A stretch of DNA of 64,000 nt from an uncultured Gammaproteobacteria bacterium. Lineage in GTDB: Bacteria; Patescibacteriota; Patescibacteriia; Patescibacteriales; UBA12465. The position numbers and the translations under genes are program-made. The stretch is taken from NCBI GenBank assembly GCA_964570655.1, contig CAZMYU010000002.1, positions 11,367 through 75,366 of the forward strand, in the 5' to 3' direction. The notes beneath the pieces were generated by a model. That model searched no databases and was not told the DNA's origin. It saw only the letters and a list, made by a program, of their open reading frames with translations. This document shows, one piece after another, positions 26,629 to 35,640 of the stretch (within the stretch, counting starts at the first letter, position 1; each line of letters opens with the position of its first letter).

Positions 26629-28338
26629 ATGCCCAAAAAATTAGCTATTAAAATTGATGGACGCAAATTTTTGGTTTTAGAAGGCCAAACTATTTTGGAC
26701 GTGGCCAAGGCCAATAAAATTTTTATTCCCGAACTATGTTTTCATCCCGATTTGGAGGTCAAAGCTAATTGTCGAGTTTGCGTGGTAGAAGTCCTTGGTC
26801 AAAAGAGACTGATGACGGCTTGTTCGACCAAGGTCCAAGCGGGCATGGAAATTTTGACTAATTCGCCCAAAGTGCAAAGCGCTCGAGATTTGAATTTGGA
26901 ATTATTGTTTGCCGAGCACGAAGAAAAATGTGCGACCTGTACTTTGCGTTATCAGTGCGCTCTCTTAGACTTGGCCAAACGTTATCGGATCAAGGTGTCT
27001 CGTTTTAAGGATCGCAAAGGTCAAAGGGTGACTCATAAATTTGCTAATTCGGTGGAAATTGATGGGAGTCAATGCATTGATTGTCGCAATTGTGTGGATG
27101 TTTGTAAAAATGTTCAGAGCATTGATTACTTGGAGATAAAAGGGCGGGGAACAAATCAAGAGATTTGTCCGACTACTAATCCGGATATCGATTGCATTTA
27201 TTGCGGTCAATGTGCTTTGCATTGTCCGGTCGCTTCAGCCCAAGAACAGGATGAATGGGCGCAGGTAGAAAAAGTTTTGTTGGATAAAAACAAGATTGTG
27301 GTGGCTCAATTTGCGCCATCAGTGCGGGTGACTATTGGTGAGGAGTTTGGTATTCCCTATGGCGCTGAGTCCACCGGCAAGACAGTGACGGCTCTAAAGC
27401 AATTGGGATTTCAATATGTTTTTGATGTTAATTTTGGGGCCGATATTACTACTATGGTGGAAGCACAGGAATTGCTGGAGCGTTTGGAAGACAAAAAAGC
27501 AGTCTTGCCTATGATTACTTCTTGTTGTCCGGCTTGGGTCAAATATGTGGAGTTTTTTCATCCCGAACTAATTCCTAATCTAACCACTTCGCGGTCACCA
27601 CAGATTCATTTTGGCGGAGCCATCAAAACTTATTGGGCTAATCAGAAAAAAATTAACCCCAAAAAGATTGTGGTGGTTTCAGTGATGCCCTGTACAGCCA
27701 AAAAATTTGAAGCCAAAAGAAAAGAGCTCGCAATTGGCGGTATTTATCCGGTTGATTATGTAATTACCACGCGAGAATTTGCTTATTTGCTTAAGAAAAG
27801 AAATATTGATTTCAAAAAATTAAAACCAACATCTAGTGACAAAATTTTTAATGAAGGTAGTGGCGCCGCGGTTATTTATGGATCTTCCGGTGGAGTTATG
27901 GAGTCGGCCCTACGCACTGCTTATTCTCTGGCTTGTCGTGGAGCTAAAGCTAGGATTTGTTATAATCGGATTGATTTCAAGGAGGTCCGAGGCTTGGGTG
28001 ATTTGCGCGAAGCGGTCATTGATGTGGCTGGTAAGAAACTTAAAGTCGCTGTAGTCAATGGCATTGGCTCAATTGACAAAATATTGCCGAAGCTAAACAA
28101 ATATCATTATATCGAGGTCATGGCTTGTCCGGGAGGTTGTATTGGTGGTGGTGGTCAGCCGATTCCCACGACTGCAGCCATTAGAAAAGAACGAATTATG
28201 GGTTTGTATAAAATTGATAAGTTCAAAGAAATTCGCAAGGCCCATGACAACCTTGATGTGATTGAGGCGCTAAATTGGCTGGAAGTAAATAAATTAAGTC
28301 ATAAAGTTTTACATACTAAATATACTAAAAGAAAGTAA
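26629..28338 (+). CDS. hydA: [FeFe]-hydrogenase catalytic subunit, group A (M3 architecture)
   Basis: H-cluster motifs TSCCPAW, MPCTAKKFEA and EVMACPGGCIGGGGQP. N-terminal [2Fe-2S], His-ligated [4Fe-4S] (HEEKCATC..C) and two [4Fe-4S] motifs. Confidence 0.96.
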   Translation: MPKKLAIKIDGRKFLVLEGQTILDVAKANKIFIPELCFHPDLEVKANCRVCVVEVLGQKRLMTACSTKVQAGMEILTNSPKVQSARDLNLELLFAEHEEKCATCTLRYQCALLDLAKRYRIKVSRFKDRKGQRVTHKFANSVEIDGSQCIDCRNCVDVCKNVQSIDYLEIKGRGTNQEICPTTNPDIDCIYCGQCALHCPVASAQEQDEWAQVEKVLLDKNKIVVAQFAPSVRVTIGEEFGIPYGAESTGKTVTALKQLGFQYVFDVNFGADITTMVEAQELLERLEDKKAVLPMITSCCPAWVKYVEFFHPELIPNLTTSRSPQIHFGGAIKTYWANQKKINPKKIVVVSVMPCTAKKFEAKRKELAIGGIYPVDYVITTREFAYLLKKRNIDFKKLKPTSSDKIFNEGSGAAVIYGSSGGVMESALRTAYSLACRGAKARICYNRIDFKEVRGLGDLREAVIDVAGKKLKVAVVNGIGSIDKILPKLNKYHYIEVMACPGGCIGGGGQPIPTTAAIRKERIMGLYKIDKFKEIRKAHDNLDVIEALNWLEVNKLSHKVLHTKYTKRK

Positions 28339-28444
28339 GTTCAAAGTTCAAATTTCAAATCTCAAAACTGCAACTTAAACCTCAAAGCTATTAGTTTTTG
28401 GTTTTGTGTTGTGGTTTTGATTTTTGCGTTTTGAGTTTTGAATT
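28339..28444. repeat. Heptamer-arm inverted repeat, copy 2
   Basis: GTTCAAA GTTCAAA TTTCAAA TCTCAAAACTGCAAC ... GTTGTGGTTTTGA TTTTTGC GTTTTGA GTTTTGA. Confidence 0.9.
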
Positions 28445-28453
28445 CCCAATATT

Positions 28454-28714
28454 ATGAAAAAACATTTATCATCACTGACTATCTTGGTAGAAGATCGTCA
28501 GGCTAATGTGGCCAAATTAAATAAATTATTAACCGATCACGGTCATACCATTTTGTCGCGTTTGGGAGTTAATATCAACAAGACTTGCTTAGAGCATTGC
28601 ATGGGCTTAATTATTTTGGTAGTGGAGGGAACTAGTGATCAGATTCATGAGCTCACCAAGAAGATTTCTAAACTCAAGGGCATGAAGGTCAAGAATTCTA
28701 TTATTACGGAATAA
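28454..28714 (+). CDS. TM1266-family iron-only hydrogenase system putative regulator (ACT-like)
   Basis: ILVEDR..N.LL..G..I.SRLGV...LIILVVEG...L...I.KL.G.KVK pattern; directly after hydA. Confidence 0.85.
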   Translation: MKKHLSSLTILVEDRQANVAKLNKLLTDHGHTILSRLGVNINKTCLEHCMGLIILVVEGTSDQIHELTKKISKLKGMKVKNSIITE

Positions 28715-28729
28715 TTTTCAAACCAATTT

Positions 28730-28763
28730 AAAAACCGCTGAGTATATTACTGAGCGGTTTTTT
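28730..28763. terminator. Bidirectional intrinsic terminator
   Basis: AAAAACCGCT...AGCGGTTTTTT between convergent genes. Confidence 0.75.
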
Positions 28764-28780
28764 GTGTAGTTTGGAAGTGG

Positions 28781-29518
28781 CTATTTTTTAATTATTAACC
28801 GAACTTCTTTATTAATTTTTACCCAATAAATTCCTTGTTTCCAGTTTATCGCCGGTATTTCAGCATCATTGCTTATCGTTTGATTATAAACAATTTGACC
28901 GTTAGTGTTACTGACAATTACTGATGTTGATTGGTTGATTCCGGAAATTTTTACGAAACTTTGGCAGGGATTAGGAAAAATATTTATTTCAGATTTTTCC
29001 CAGGATTTAATACTTAAGGCTTGTTTCCAGTAAATTGTTCCGGTCTTGATTGGGCCTAAATTAAAGGAATCATTTGACTCCCTGGTTTGTCCGCCAGCTG
29101 ACACGTTTAAAATAATTTTTTTACCGTCGGGCGTTGAGCCTGGTATTTGACAATCTAATATGATTTCAAATTCTCTGACGGTATTGGCACTTATCACAAA
29201 GAGTACTCCGGAGATAGAAATTTGACCGCCACTGAATAATGGAATAGTTGACCCAATTTGACAACCATCAATTTTGACTATTATGTTGGTCAGGGATTGG
29301 TATAACTGGGAGTCACCACTTAGTTGGATTTTGATCCAGGTTAAATTCAGGCTTTGAGAACCAGCCACTACTTTGAAAGCAGCTGAAAAAAGATTGGTGG
29401 TGTCTGAAGATATAACTGGGTTTGGACAATTAGGGCTAGTCTGGAGTGTGCCAAACTGAGCCCTGGATATTAAGCTCATGCTTAAAAACATTACAAGAAT
29501 TGCTAAAATTTTTTTCAT
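28781..29518 (-). CDS. Secreted protein with a T9SS type A sorting-like C-terminal domain
   Basis: Signal peptide ending SRA-Q; C-terminus INIFPNP...SNTNGQIVY...WKQGIYWVKI...LIIKK. Confidence 0.8.
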   Translation of the reverse strand: MKKILAILVMFLSMSLISRAQFGTLQTSPNCPNPVISSDTTNLFSAAFKVVAGSQSLNLTWIKIQLSGDSQLYQSLTNIIVKIDGCQIGSTIPLFSGGQISISGVLFVISANTVREFEIILDCQIPGSTPDGKKIILNVSAGGQTRESNDSFNLGPIKTGTIYWKQALSIKSWEKSEINIFPNPCQSFVKISGINQSTSVIVSNTNGQIVYNQTISNDAEIPAINWKQGIYWVKINKEVRLIIKK

Positions 29519-29541
29519 GTTGAATTTTATTTATTGATGAA

Positions 29542-29606
29542 TTTAAATTGTTAAAGTTCAAAGTGATTTAATGATTTAAAATATCAATCTATTCTTGTTT
29601 TGTCAA
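29542..29606 (-). promoter_or_regulatory. Sigma70 promoter with boxA-like leader element
   Basis: Minus strand reads TTGACA, 17 nt, TGa-TATTTT, then TTGAACTTTAACAATTTAAA. Confidence 0.65.
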
Positions 29607-29692
29607 TAGTCTTGGTAAATTCGTTAGATTATAGTATAGTATTAATAGAAAAATAGATTTTTTGGAAAAAGCTAAGAAAATAGCTGATTTTT

Positions 29693-31144
29693 ATGTTTAA
29701 AAATATCCCAAAATTTGTAATTGAGGCCTTGGAAAAACTCAAAACTGCTGGTTTTGAGGCTTTTATCGTGGGCGGTTGCGTGCGGGATATTTTGATGGAC
29801 AAAGTGCCAGTCGATTGGGATATTACTACCAGCGCTCGACCAGAGGACGTTTTAAAAATATTTGGCGACGATGCCAAATATGAAAATCGTTTTGGCACAG
29901 TTCTAGTGCCAATTAGAGACGAGGCGCAGGAGCTTTTGGATGTTTTAGAAATTACCACCTATCGTTCCGAGGGCAAATATAGTGATGCGCGTCATCCAGA
30001 TGAAGTCCAATTTGAAGACAGCATTGATAAAGATTTGGAGCGTCGAGATTTTACTATCAACGCCTTGGCCCTTGACCCCTTGGATAAGAAAGCGGTGCCG
30101 GTTGATTTATTTGGCGGGGTCAAAGATATTCAGAAAAAAATAATTAGAGCTGTGGGTGAGCCAATTGATCGTTTTAAAGAAGATGCTTTGCGGATGATGC
30201 GAGCGGTTCGTTTCTACGCTCAACTTGGATTTGATATTGAGCCAAAAACTGAACGGGGTATTTCTAAAATGGCTGGCGCTCTAAAATTTGTGGCCAAAGA
30301 AAGAATTCGGGATGAACTTATTAAGATTTTAAAATCCGATCAACCAGCTGATGGTTTTATGAAACTCCATAATTTAAAATTATTAAATTATATTATTCCC
30401 GAATTAGAAGATGGCGTGACCGTCAAGCAACATTATCATCACATCTATCCAGTTTTTAAACATAATGTTTTGTCTTTGAAATATTGCCCCAGTTCTCAGT
30501 GGCAGGTGCGTTTGGCGTCGCTTTTGCATGATGTGGGTAAACCGCGGGCGCTTAAATATATTGATGATCATGCGTCTTTTTATAATCATGAATACATTGG
30601 TGCCAAGATGACTCGGCGAATTATGGAGCGTTTGCGTTTTAGCGTGGAAGATACTTTTCGAGTCGTCAATTTAGTTCGCAATCACATGTTTTATTATAAT
30701 GTTGGAGAAGTGAGTGCTGCTTCGGTTCGGCGCCTAATTGCCAAAACTGGGCGGGAAAATTTAAGCGATTTAATTGATATTCGTATCGCCGATCGTTTAG
30801 GCTCGGGGCTGACCAATGGCTTGCCTTACAAGTTGAAACATTTGCAGTATATGATGGACAAAGTTCAGAATGATCCGGTGTCGGTTAAGATGCTCAGTGT
30901 CAATGGCGATGATCTAATGACAGAATTAAAAATCAAGCCGAGTCCCAAGATCGGAGCCTTGCTGGATGTTTTGTTGGCTGAGGTTTTAGATAACCCGGAG
31001 ATTAATACTCGTGAGCAGCTACTGGAAAGAGCCAAAATTTTAAATGATTTGGATTTGGTTCAACTTCGAGACAAGGCTAAATGGAAGATTCAAGAAGAAC
31101 GAATTGCCGAAGACCGTTCAATAAAAAGAAAATTTGGGGTATAA
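29693..31144 (+). CDS. cca: CCA tRNA nucleotidyltransferase with HD domain
   Basis: VGGCVRD, DWDITT, RRDFTINA, EDALRMMRAVRF, ERIRDE and LLHDVGK. Confidence 0.92.
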   Translation: MFKNIPKFVIEALEKLKTAGFEAFIVGGCVRDILMDKVPVDWDITTSARPEDVLKIFGDDAKYENRFGTVLVPIRDEAQELLDVLEITTYRSEGKYSDARHPDEVQFEDSIDKDLERRDFTINALALDPLDKKAVPVDLFGGVKDIQKKIIRAVGEPIDRFKEDALRMMRAVRFYAQLGFDIEPKTERGISKMAGALKFVAKERIRDELIKILKSDQPADGFMKLHNLKLLNYIIPELEDGVTVKQHYHHIYPVFKHNVLSLKYCPSSQWQVRLASLLHDVGKPRALKYIDDHASFYNHEYIGAKMTRRIMERLRFSVEDTFRVVNLVRNHMFYYNVGEVSAASVRRLIAKTGRENLSDLIDIRIADRLGSGLTNGLPYKLKHLQYMMDKVQNDPVSVKMLSVNGDDLMTELKIKPSPKIGALLDVLLAEVLDNPEINTREQLLERAKILNDLDLVQLRDKAKWKIQEERIAEDRSIKRKFGV

Positions 31145-31162
31145 TAGGAATATACTTTAAAA

Positions 31163-31244
31163 ATTCAAAGATTGAAAAATTGAAAATTGAAAGATTTTTA
31201 ATTAAGTAATCATTCAATCATTCAATCTTTTAATCTTTCAATCT
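31163..31244. repeat. Inverted repeat with 8-mer tandem arms
   Basis: (ATTGAAAR)n ... (AATC(A/T)TTY)n between cca and the PPIase gene. Confidence 0.85.
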
Positions 31245-31251
31245 AAAAACT

Positions 31252-31965
31252 ATGCGTAAATATTTATTAATTTTTATTTTAATCGGGTTTTTACCGCTTC
31301 TGGGTTGCACTCCCAAAAATCAAAGCATTGATTTGAATACGGAGTTACCAGTGGATTTAACAACCCCCACTACTGATATGGACAATAATCAAAATTCGGC
31401 AGCCACTTCTAGTGAGCCAAATGCCGATACTGCTAGCCAGACAGCTTATGCGACTTTGCCGGGTCAATTAGATTTGGCCAAGACTTATCAGTCGGCTATC
31501 ATAAATACTAATTACGGAGCGATTACGGTCAAGTTTTATCGCCAGGAGTCACCAAAAACTGTTAACAATTTTATGAATTTGGCCCAAAAAGGTTTTTATA
31601 ATAACACCAAATTTCATCGAGTTATTAAGGATTTTATGATCCAAGGCGGTGATCCCAATACCAAGACTAAAGATACCGCTACTTATGGAATGGGCGGTCC
31701 AGAATATAAGTTTGCTGATGAATTTAATAATCACAAACTCGTTCGTGGTTCTTTGGCCATGGCCAATTCTGGCCCTGATACTAATGGCTCTCAGTTTTTT
31801 ATTGTAACCGCCGAGTCCACTCCTTGGCTGGATGGCCATCATACCAATTTTGGTCAGGTGACCTCTGGAATGGCCGTGGTGGACAAAATCGAAGCTTTGC
31901 CCGGTAATGCTAATAATTTGCCAAACAGCGAAGTGATTATCAAAAGTATTCAGCTAATTAAGTAA
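31252..31965 (+). CDS. Cyclophilin-type peptidyl-prolyl isomerase, lipoprotein
   Basis: LLGC lipobox, FHRVIKDFMIQGGDP, LAMANSGPDTNGSQFFI and WLDG.H..FG. Confidence 0.93.
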   Translation: MRKYLLIFILIGFLPLLGCTPKNQSIDLNTELPVDLTTPTTDMDNNQNSAATSSEPNADTASQTAYATLPGQLDLAKTYQSAIINTNYGAITVKFYRQESPKTVNNFMNLAQKGFYNNTKFHRVIKDFMIQGGDPNTKTKDTATYGMGGPEYKFADEFNNHKLVRGSLAMANSGPDTNGSQFFIVTAESTPWLDGHHTNFGQVTSGMAVVDKIEALPGNANNLPNSEVIIKSIQLIK

Positions 31966-31968
31966 TTT

Positions 31969-33123
31969 ATGATGAAAGTTTATTTAGATAATTCTGCCAC
32001 AACTAGAATTGATCCTCGGGTTCTGAAAAAAATGTTGCCCTATTTTAATAATGATTATGGCAATGCTTCCTCTATCCATTTTATGGGGCAAAAAAATGAT
32101 TTGCAGATTAAAGATTGCAAAGATAAGATCAAGAAGATTTTTAAAGCTCCTAATCACCAAGTTGTTTTTACGGGTTCAGCTACGGAGGCCAATAATTTTG
32201 TTATCAAAGGGGTCATGCGGGCTAATTCTTCTAAGGGTAAGCATATGCTTATTTCCGCTATTGAACATCCGGCGGTAAAAAATTCGGCCCAAGACTTAAA
32301 AGAGCAAGGTTATGAGATAGAAGTTATTCCGGTTGATAAAGAGGGACTTATTGATTTAGAACAATTAAAAAAAATGATTAGACCTTCCACGGTTCTGGTT
32401 TCAATCATAGCGGTTAATAATGAAATCGGTACTATTCAGAATTTGCAAAAAATTGGGGCAGTGGTCAAAAAATCAGGTGCTTATTTCCATACTGACGCTG
32501 TTCAGGCTATACCCTATTTAAAGATAGATGTTCGGGAAATGAATATTGATTTCTTGACTATCTCGGCTCATAAATTTTATGGACCTCAGGGCGTCGGCCT
32601 AGCTCTAATTAATCCCCAAATAAAAATTAAAGCGCTGATTAGTGGTGGTGGCCAAGAAGATAATTTGCGGGGTGGTACTTATAATTTGCCAGGCATTGTG
32701 GGGCTAACTACGGCTTTGATTTTGGCCTATCAAGAACGGGCGCTTTATCTTAAACGAGTCAAAGCCTTACGCGATTATTTGTGGTTGAAAATAAAGAAAA
32801 ATATCCCGGGGGTTTCGCTCAATGGCTCTTGGTCAAGAAGGACCCCTAATAATTTGAATATTCGTTTTGGTCAGGTAGAAGGCGAGGCAATTTTAATGGA
32901 CCTATCATTCAAAGGGATTGCGGTTTCCACTGGTTCGGCCTGCTCGGCTCAAAATTTGAAATCCTCGTCAGTTTTGTCAGCTATTGGTCTAAAAGATGAG
33001 GACCTCAATAGTAATATTCGCTTTTCTCTGGGTAAGTATAATACCAAAAAAGAAATAGATTACACTCTCAAATGTCTACAAGGCACTATCAAACGACTTC
33101 GAAGCTTTAGCCCCATTAAATAA
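31969..33123 (+). CDS. iscS: Cysteine desulfurase (IscS/NifS)
   Basis: YLDNSATT, HTDAVQA, SAHKFYGP and STGSAC. Confidence 0.95.
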   Translation: MMKVYLDNSATTRIDPRVLKKMLPYFNNDYGNASSIHFMGQKNDLQIKDCKDKIKKIFKAPNHQVVFTGSATEANNFVIKGVMRANSSKGKHMLISAIEHPAVKNSAQDLKEQGYEIEVIPVDKEGLIDLEQLKKMIRPSTVLVSIIAVNNEIGTIQNLQKIGAVVKKSGAYFHTDAVQAIPYLKIDVREMNIDFLTISAHKFYGPQGVGLALINPQIKIKALISGGGQEDNLRGGTYNLPGIVGLTTALILAYQERALYLKRVKALRDYLWLKIKKNIPGVSLNGSWSRRTPNNLNIRFGQVEGEAILMDLSFKGIAVSTGSACSAQNLKSSSVLSAIGLKDEDLNSNIRFSLGKYNTKKEIDYTLKCLQGTIKRLRSFSPIK

Positions 33124-33127
33124 TTAA

Positions 33128-33183
33128 AATTACAAACTACAAATTACTAACTACTAATTACTAACTACTAATTACTAACTACT
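33128..33183. repeat. Alternating heptamer tandem repeat (AATTACT/AACTACT) x8
   Basis: Fills the iscS-iscU gap; the same unit occurs at 53932-53959. Confidence 0.92.
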
Positions 33184-33190
33184 CAAATAT

Positions 33191-33631
33191 ATGTCTTTAA
33201 ACTATACTAAAAAAACTATCAACAATTTTCTGCATCCGCAAAATATTGGTGAGATTAAAAAGGCTGATGCCAAAGCGACAGTCGGTAATATGGTCTGTGG
33301 CGATCAATTATCTTTTTCCATCAAAGTTAAAGATGGCAAAATTCAGGATCTAAAATTTTTGTCTTTTGGTTGTGCTTCTAATATTGCCACTGCTTCAATT
33401 TTGACTCAAAAAGTGCGGGGCCTGACTTTGGCTCAAGCCAAAAAATTTGATTGGAACAAAATCGTTAGGGAATTAGGGGGACTACCTCAACAAAAAGTCC
33501 ATTGTTCTATTTTGGCGGTGGAGGGCCTCAAAAAAGTAATCAGTGAGTATGAGAAAAAGACCAAGGCCCCCAAAACAAAGATTAAAACAAAAACCAAGAC
33601 TAAAACTAAGAAAAGCAAGATAAACAAATAA
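33191..33631 (+). CDS. iscU: Fe-S cluster scaffold protein (IscU/NifU N-terminal type)
   Basis: GNMVCGD, FGCAS and KVHCS; has a Lys/Thr low-complexity tail. Confidence 0.93.
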   Translation: MSLNYTKKTINNFLHPQNIGEIKKADAKATVGNMVCGDQLSFSIKVKDGKIQDLKFLSFGCASNIATASILTQKVRGLTLAQAKKFDWNKIVRELGGLPQQKVHCSILAVEGLKKVISEYEKKTKAPKTKIKTKTKTKTKKSKINK

Positions 33632-33634
33632 ATT

Positions 33635-34381
33635 ATGTCTCTTTACTTTTATATTATTGGCGCCTCACTTTTGACTTCGCTGATTTCATTGGTGGGAGTT
33701 TTGGTTTTGGTTATTTCGCAAAAGAGTTTGCGCTGGGCGATTATGTTTTTGGTCAGTTTATCGGCCGGAACACTCTTGGGTGATGCTTTTATTCATTTGC
33801 TTCCTGGAGCTTTGCTGGGACGACTAGATTCTTCGTTGGTATGGTTAATGGTGATTGTGGGAATTTTACTTTTCTTTATTTTGGAGAAAATTATTCATTG
33901 GCGTCATTGCCATGTTAGTCCTGATGTGAGTCATCCTCATCCAGTTGGTCTGATGAACCTAGTGGGAGATGGTTTTCATAATTTGTTGGATGGCTTTTTG
34001 ATTGGGGCTTCATTTTTGGTCAGTATTCCTTTGGGTATTACCACGACTCTGGCGGTCATTGTTCATGAAATTCCGCAAGAATTGGGAGATTTTGGCACCC
34101 TTCTGTATGCTGGTTATAATAAATGGCGGGCTATTTGGCTCAATTTGCTTTCAGGACTCCTATCAGTAATTGGGGCTATTGCGGCTTTGTTTATCGGTTT
34201 ACAGAATCAAAAGTTTGTTGATTTTATAATCCCACTGACGGCCGGTGGTTTTATTTATATTGCTACTTCTGATTTGATTCCGGAACTCAAAAAAGATTCA
34301 AAATTGGCCGATACCCTTCGGCAACTCATCGGGATTATTATTGGTTTACTTATAATGTTAATTTTAAAAAAATATGATTAA
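33635..34381 (+). CDS. ZIP family metal transporter
   Basis: DAFIHLLP, HWRHCH, DGFHNLLDG and HEIPQELGDF. Confidence 0.93.
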   Translation: MSLYFYIIGASLLTSLISLVGVLVLVISQKSLRWAIMFLVSLSAGTLLGDAFIHLLPGALLGRLDSSLVWLMVIVGILLFFILEKIIHWRHCHVSPDVSHPHPVGLMNLVGDGFHNLLDGFLIGASFLVSIPLGITTTLAVIVHEIPQELGDFGTLLYAGYNKWRAIWLNLLSGLLSVIGAIAALFIGLQNQKFVDFIIPLTAGGFIYIATSDLIPELKKDSKLADTLRQLIGIIIGLLIMLILKKYD

Positions 34382-34961
34382 TCTTTCGCCTTTGTCTTTC
34401 GCCGGGAACGCTCTGGAGCCTTTCATCTCGGCTAAAACTATCGAATTTCATCATGGTCGTCATCATCAGACCTATGTTAATAATTTAAATGGCTTAATTA
34501 CCGGCACTGAATTAGAAAATAAGACTGTCGAGGAAATTATGTTGGCCACTTATGGTTTGAGTGATCGCTTGGCTATTTTTAATAATGCGGCCCAGGTTTT
34601 TAATCACGACTTTTATTTTCGCAGTCTCAAACCGGGGAGTGGGGAAGCTACTGGTAAAATTAAGGAAATGATTGTTAGAGATTTTGGTTCTTATGAGAAA
34701 TTTGTCGAAGAATTTAAAACTGTAGCTACCTCTCAATTTGGTAGCGGTTGGGCCTGGCTAATTGAAGAAAATAATACTCTTAAAATAATTAAAACCAGCA
34801 ATGCTGATAATCCGGTTTTGCATGGGCAAAAACCAATTTTAACTATTGATGTTTGGGAACATGCTTATTATTTGGATTATCAAAACTTGCGAGCTGATTA
34901 TGTGCTCGCCGTAATTAATGATTTATTAAATTGGGAATTTGCCCTAAGCAATTTAGAATAA
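34374..34961 (+). CDS. sodB: Superoxide dismutase, Fe-type signature
   Basis: HHGRHH, NNAAQVFNH, FGSGWAWL and DVWEHAYY. Confidence 0.92.
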   Translation: MINLSPLSFAGNALEPFISAKTIEFHHGRHHQTYVNNLNGLITGTELENKTVEEIMLATYGLSDRLAIFNNAAQVFNHDFYFRSLKPGSGEATGKIKEMIVRDFGSYEKFVEEFKTVATSQFGSGWAWLIEENNTLKIIKTSNADNPVLHGQKPILTIDVWEHAYYLDYQNLRADYVLAVINDLLNWEFALSNLE

Positions 34962-34962
34962 T

Positions 34963-35640
34963 ATGCCAAAATATCAAAGTCCTTATGTCAAAATCAAACC
35001 ACACATTCGCAGTCCTTATACGGTTATTTATTTAATTAGACATTGTAATCCAGATTACGCGACTGAAAAAATTATTGGCGATTTTAATATGCCTTTGTCC
35101 AAGATTGGATTGGAACAGAGAAAATATTTAACCGCTCAGCTCAAAAAAATAAAAATTGATCAAATTTATGCTAGCGGAATGCGTCGCGCCGAAGAAAGCG
35201 CCGAGTTGTTAGCCAAGCATTTAAGGAAAAAAATAAAAACCGAGATGAGACTCAATGAAATTGATTGGAAAGACTGGTATCGGATTAAATATTTCAACAT
35301 GTCAGAAAAGACTCGAACCAAGCGATTCAAATCTTATGTTCACTTGAATCGTCAATTAGACAAAATGCAAACTATTGCTCGTCGTTTGATTCATGATGTT
35401 TATCGCAAACATCATGGCAAGACTATTGCCTTATTTTCCCATGGCAACCTGATCAAGTCTATTATTACTAGTATTTTAGACGCTGATATAATTGGATTTT
35501 TGTCTTTGGAAATTTATCAATCTGCGGTTTCTAAATTAGTAATTGATCGGGATGGTTATGTCAAAATTAGTTATATCAATAATATTTCTCATTTACCGCA
35601 TGAGCCCAACGAAGACTTATTTATTAGTTTGGTGGAATAA
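34963..35640 (+). CDS. Histidine phosphatase family protein
   Basis: YLIRH, LSKIG.EQ, S.M.RA, LNE and SHG. Confidence 0.85.
   Translation: MPKYQSPYVKIKPHIRSPYTVIYLIRHCNPDYATEKIIGDFNMPLSKIGLEQRKYLTAQLKKIKIDQIYASGMRRAEESAELLAKHLRKKIKTEMRLNEIDWKDWYRIKYFNMSEKTRTKRFKSYVHLNRQLDKMQTIARRLIHDVYRKHHGKTIALFSHGNLIKSIITSILDADIIGFLSLEIYQSAVSKLVIDRDGYVKISYINNISHLPHEPNEDLFISLVE

Noticed and set aside
24846-28338. nuoF/nuoG of respiratory complex I
   Set aside because: The large subunit has complete H-cluster motifs and no molybdopterin-type domain, and no other nuo genes are present.
33550-33631. Lys/Thr repeat tail of IscU as a separate repeat element
   Set aside because: Codons vary between units and it looks like a low-complexity protein tail, similar to the L31 tail.
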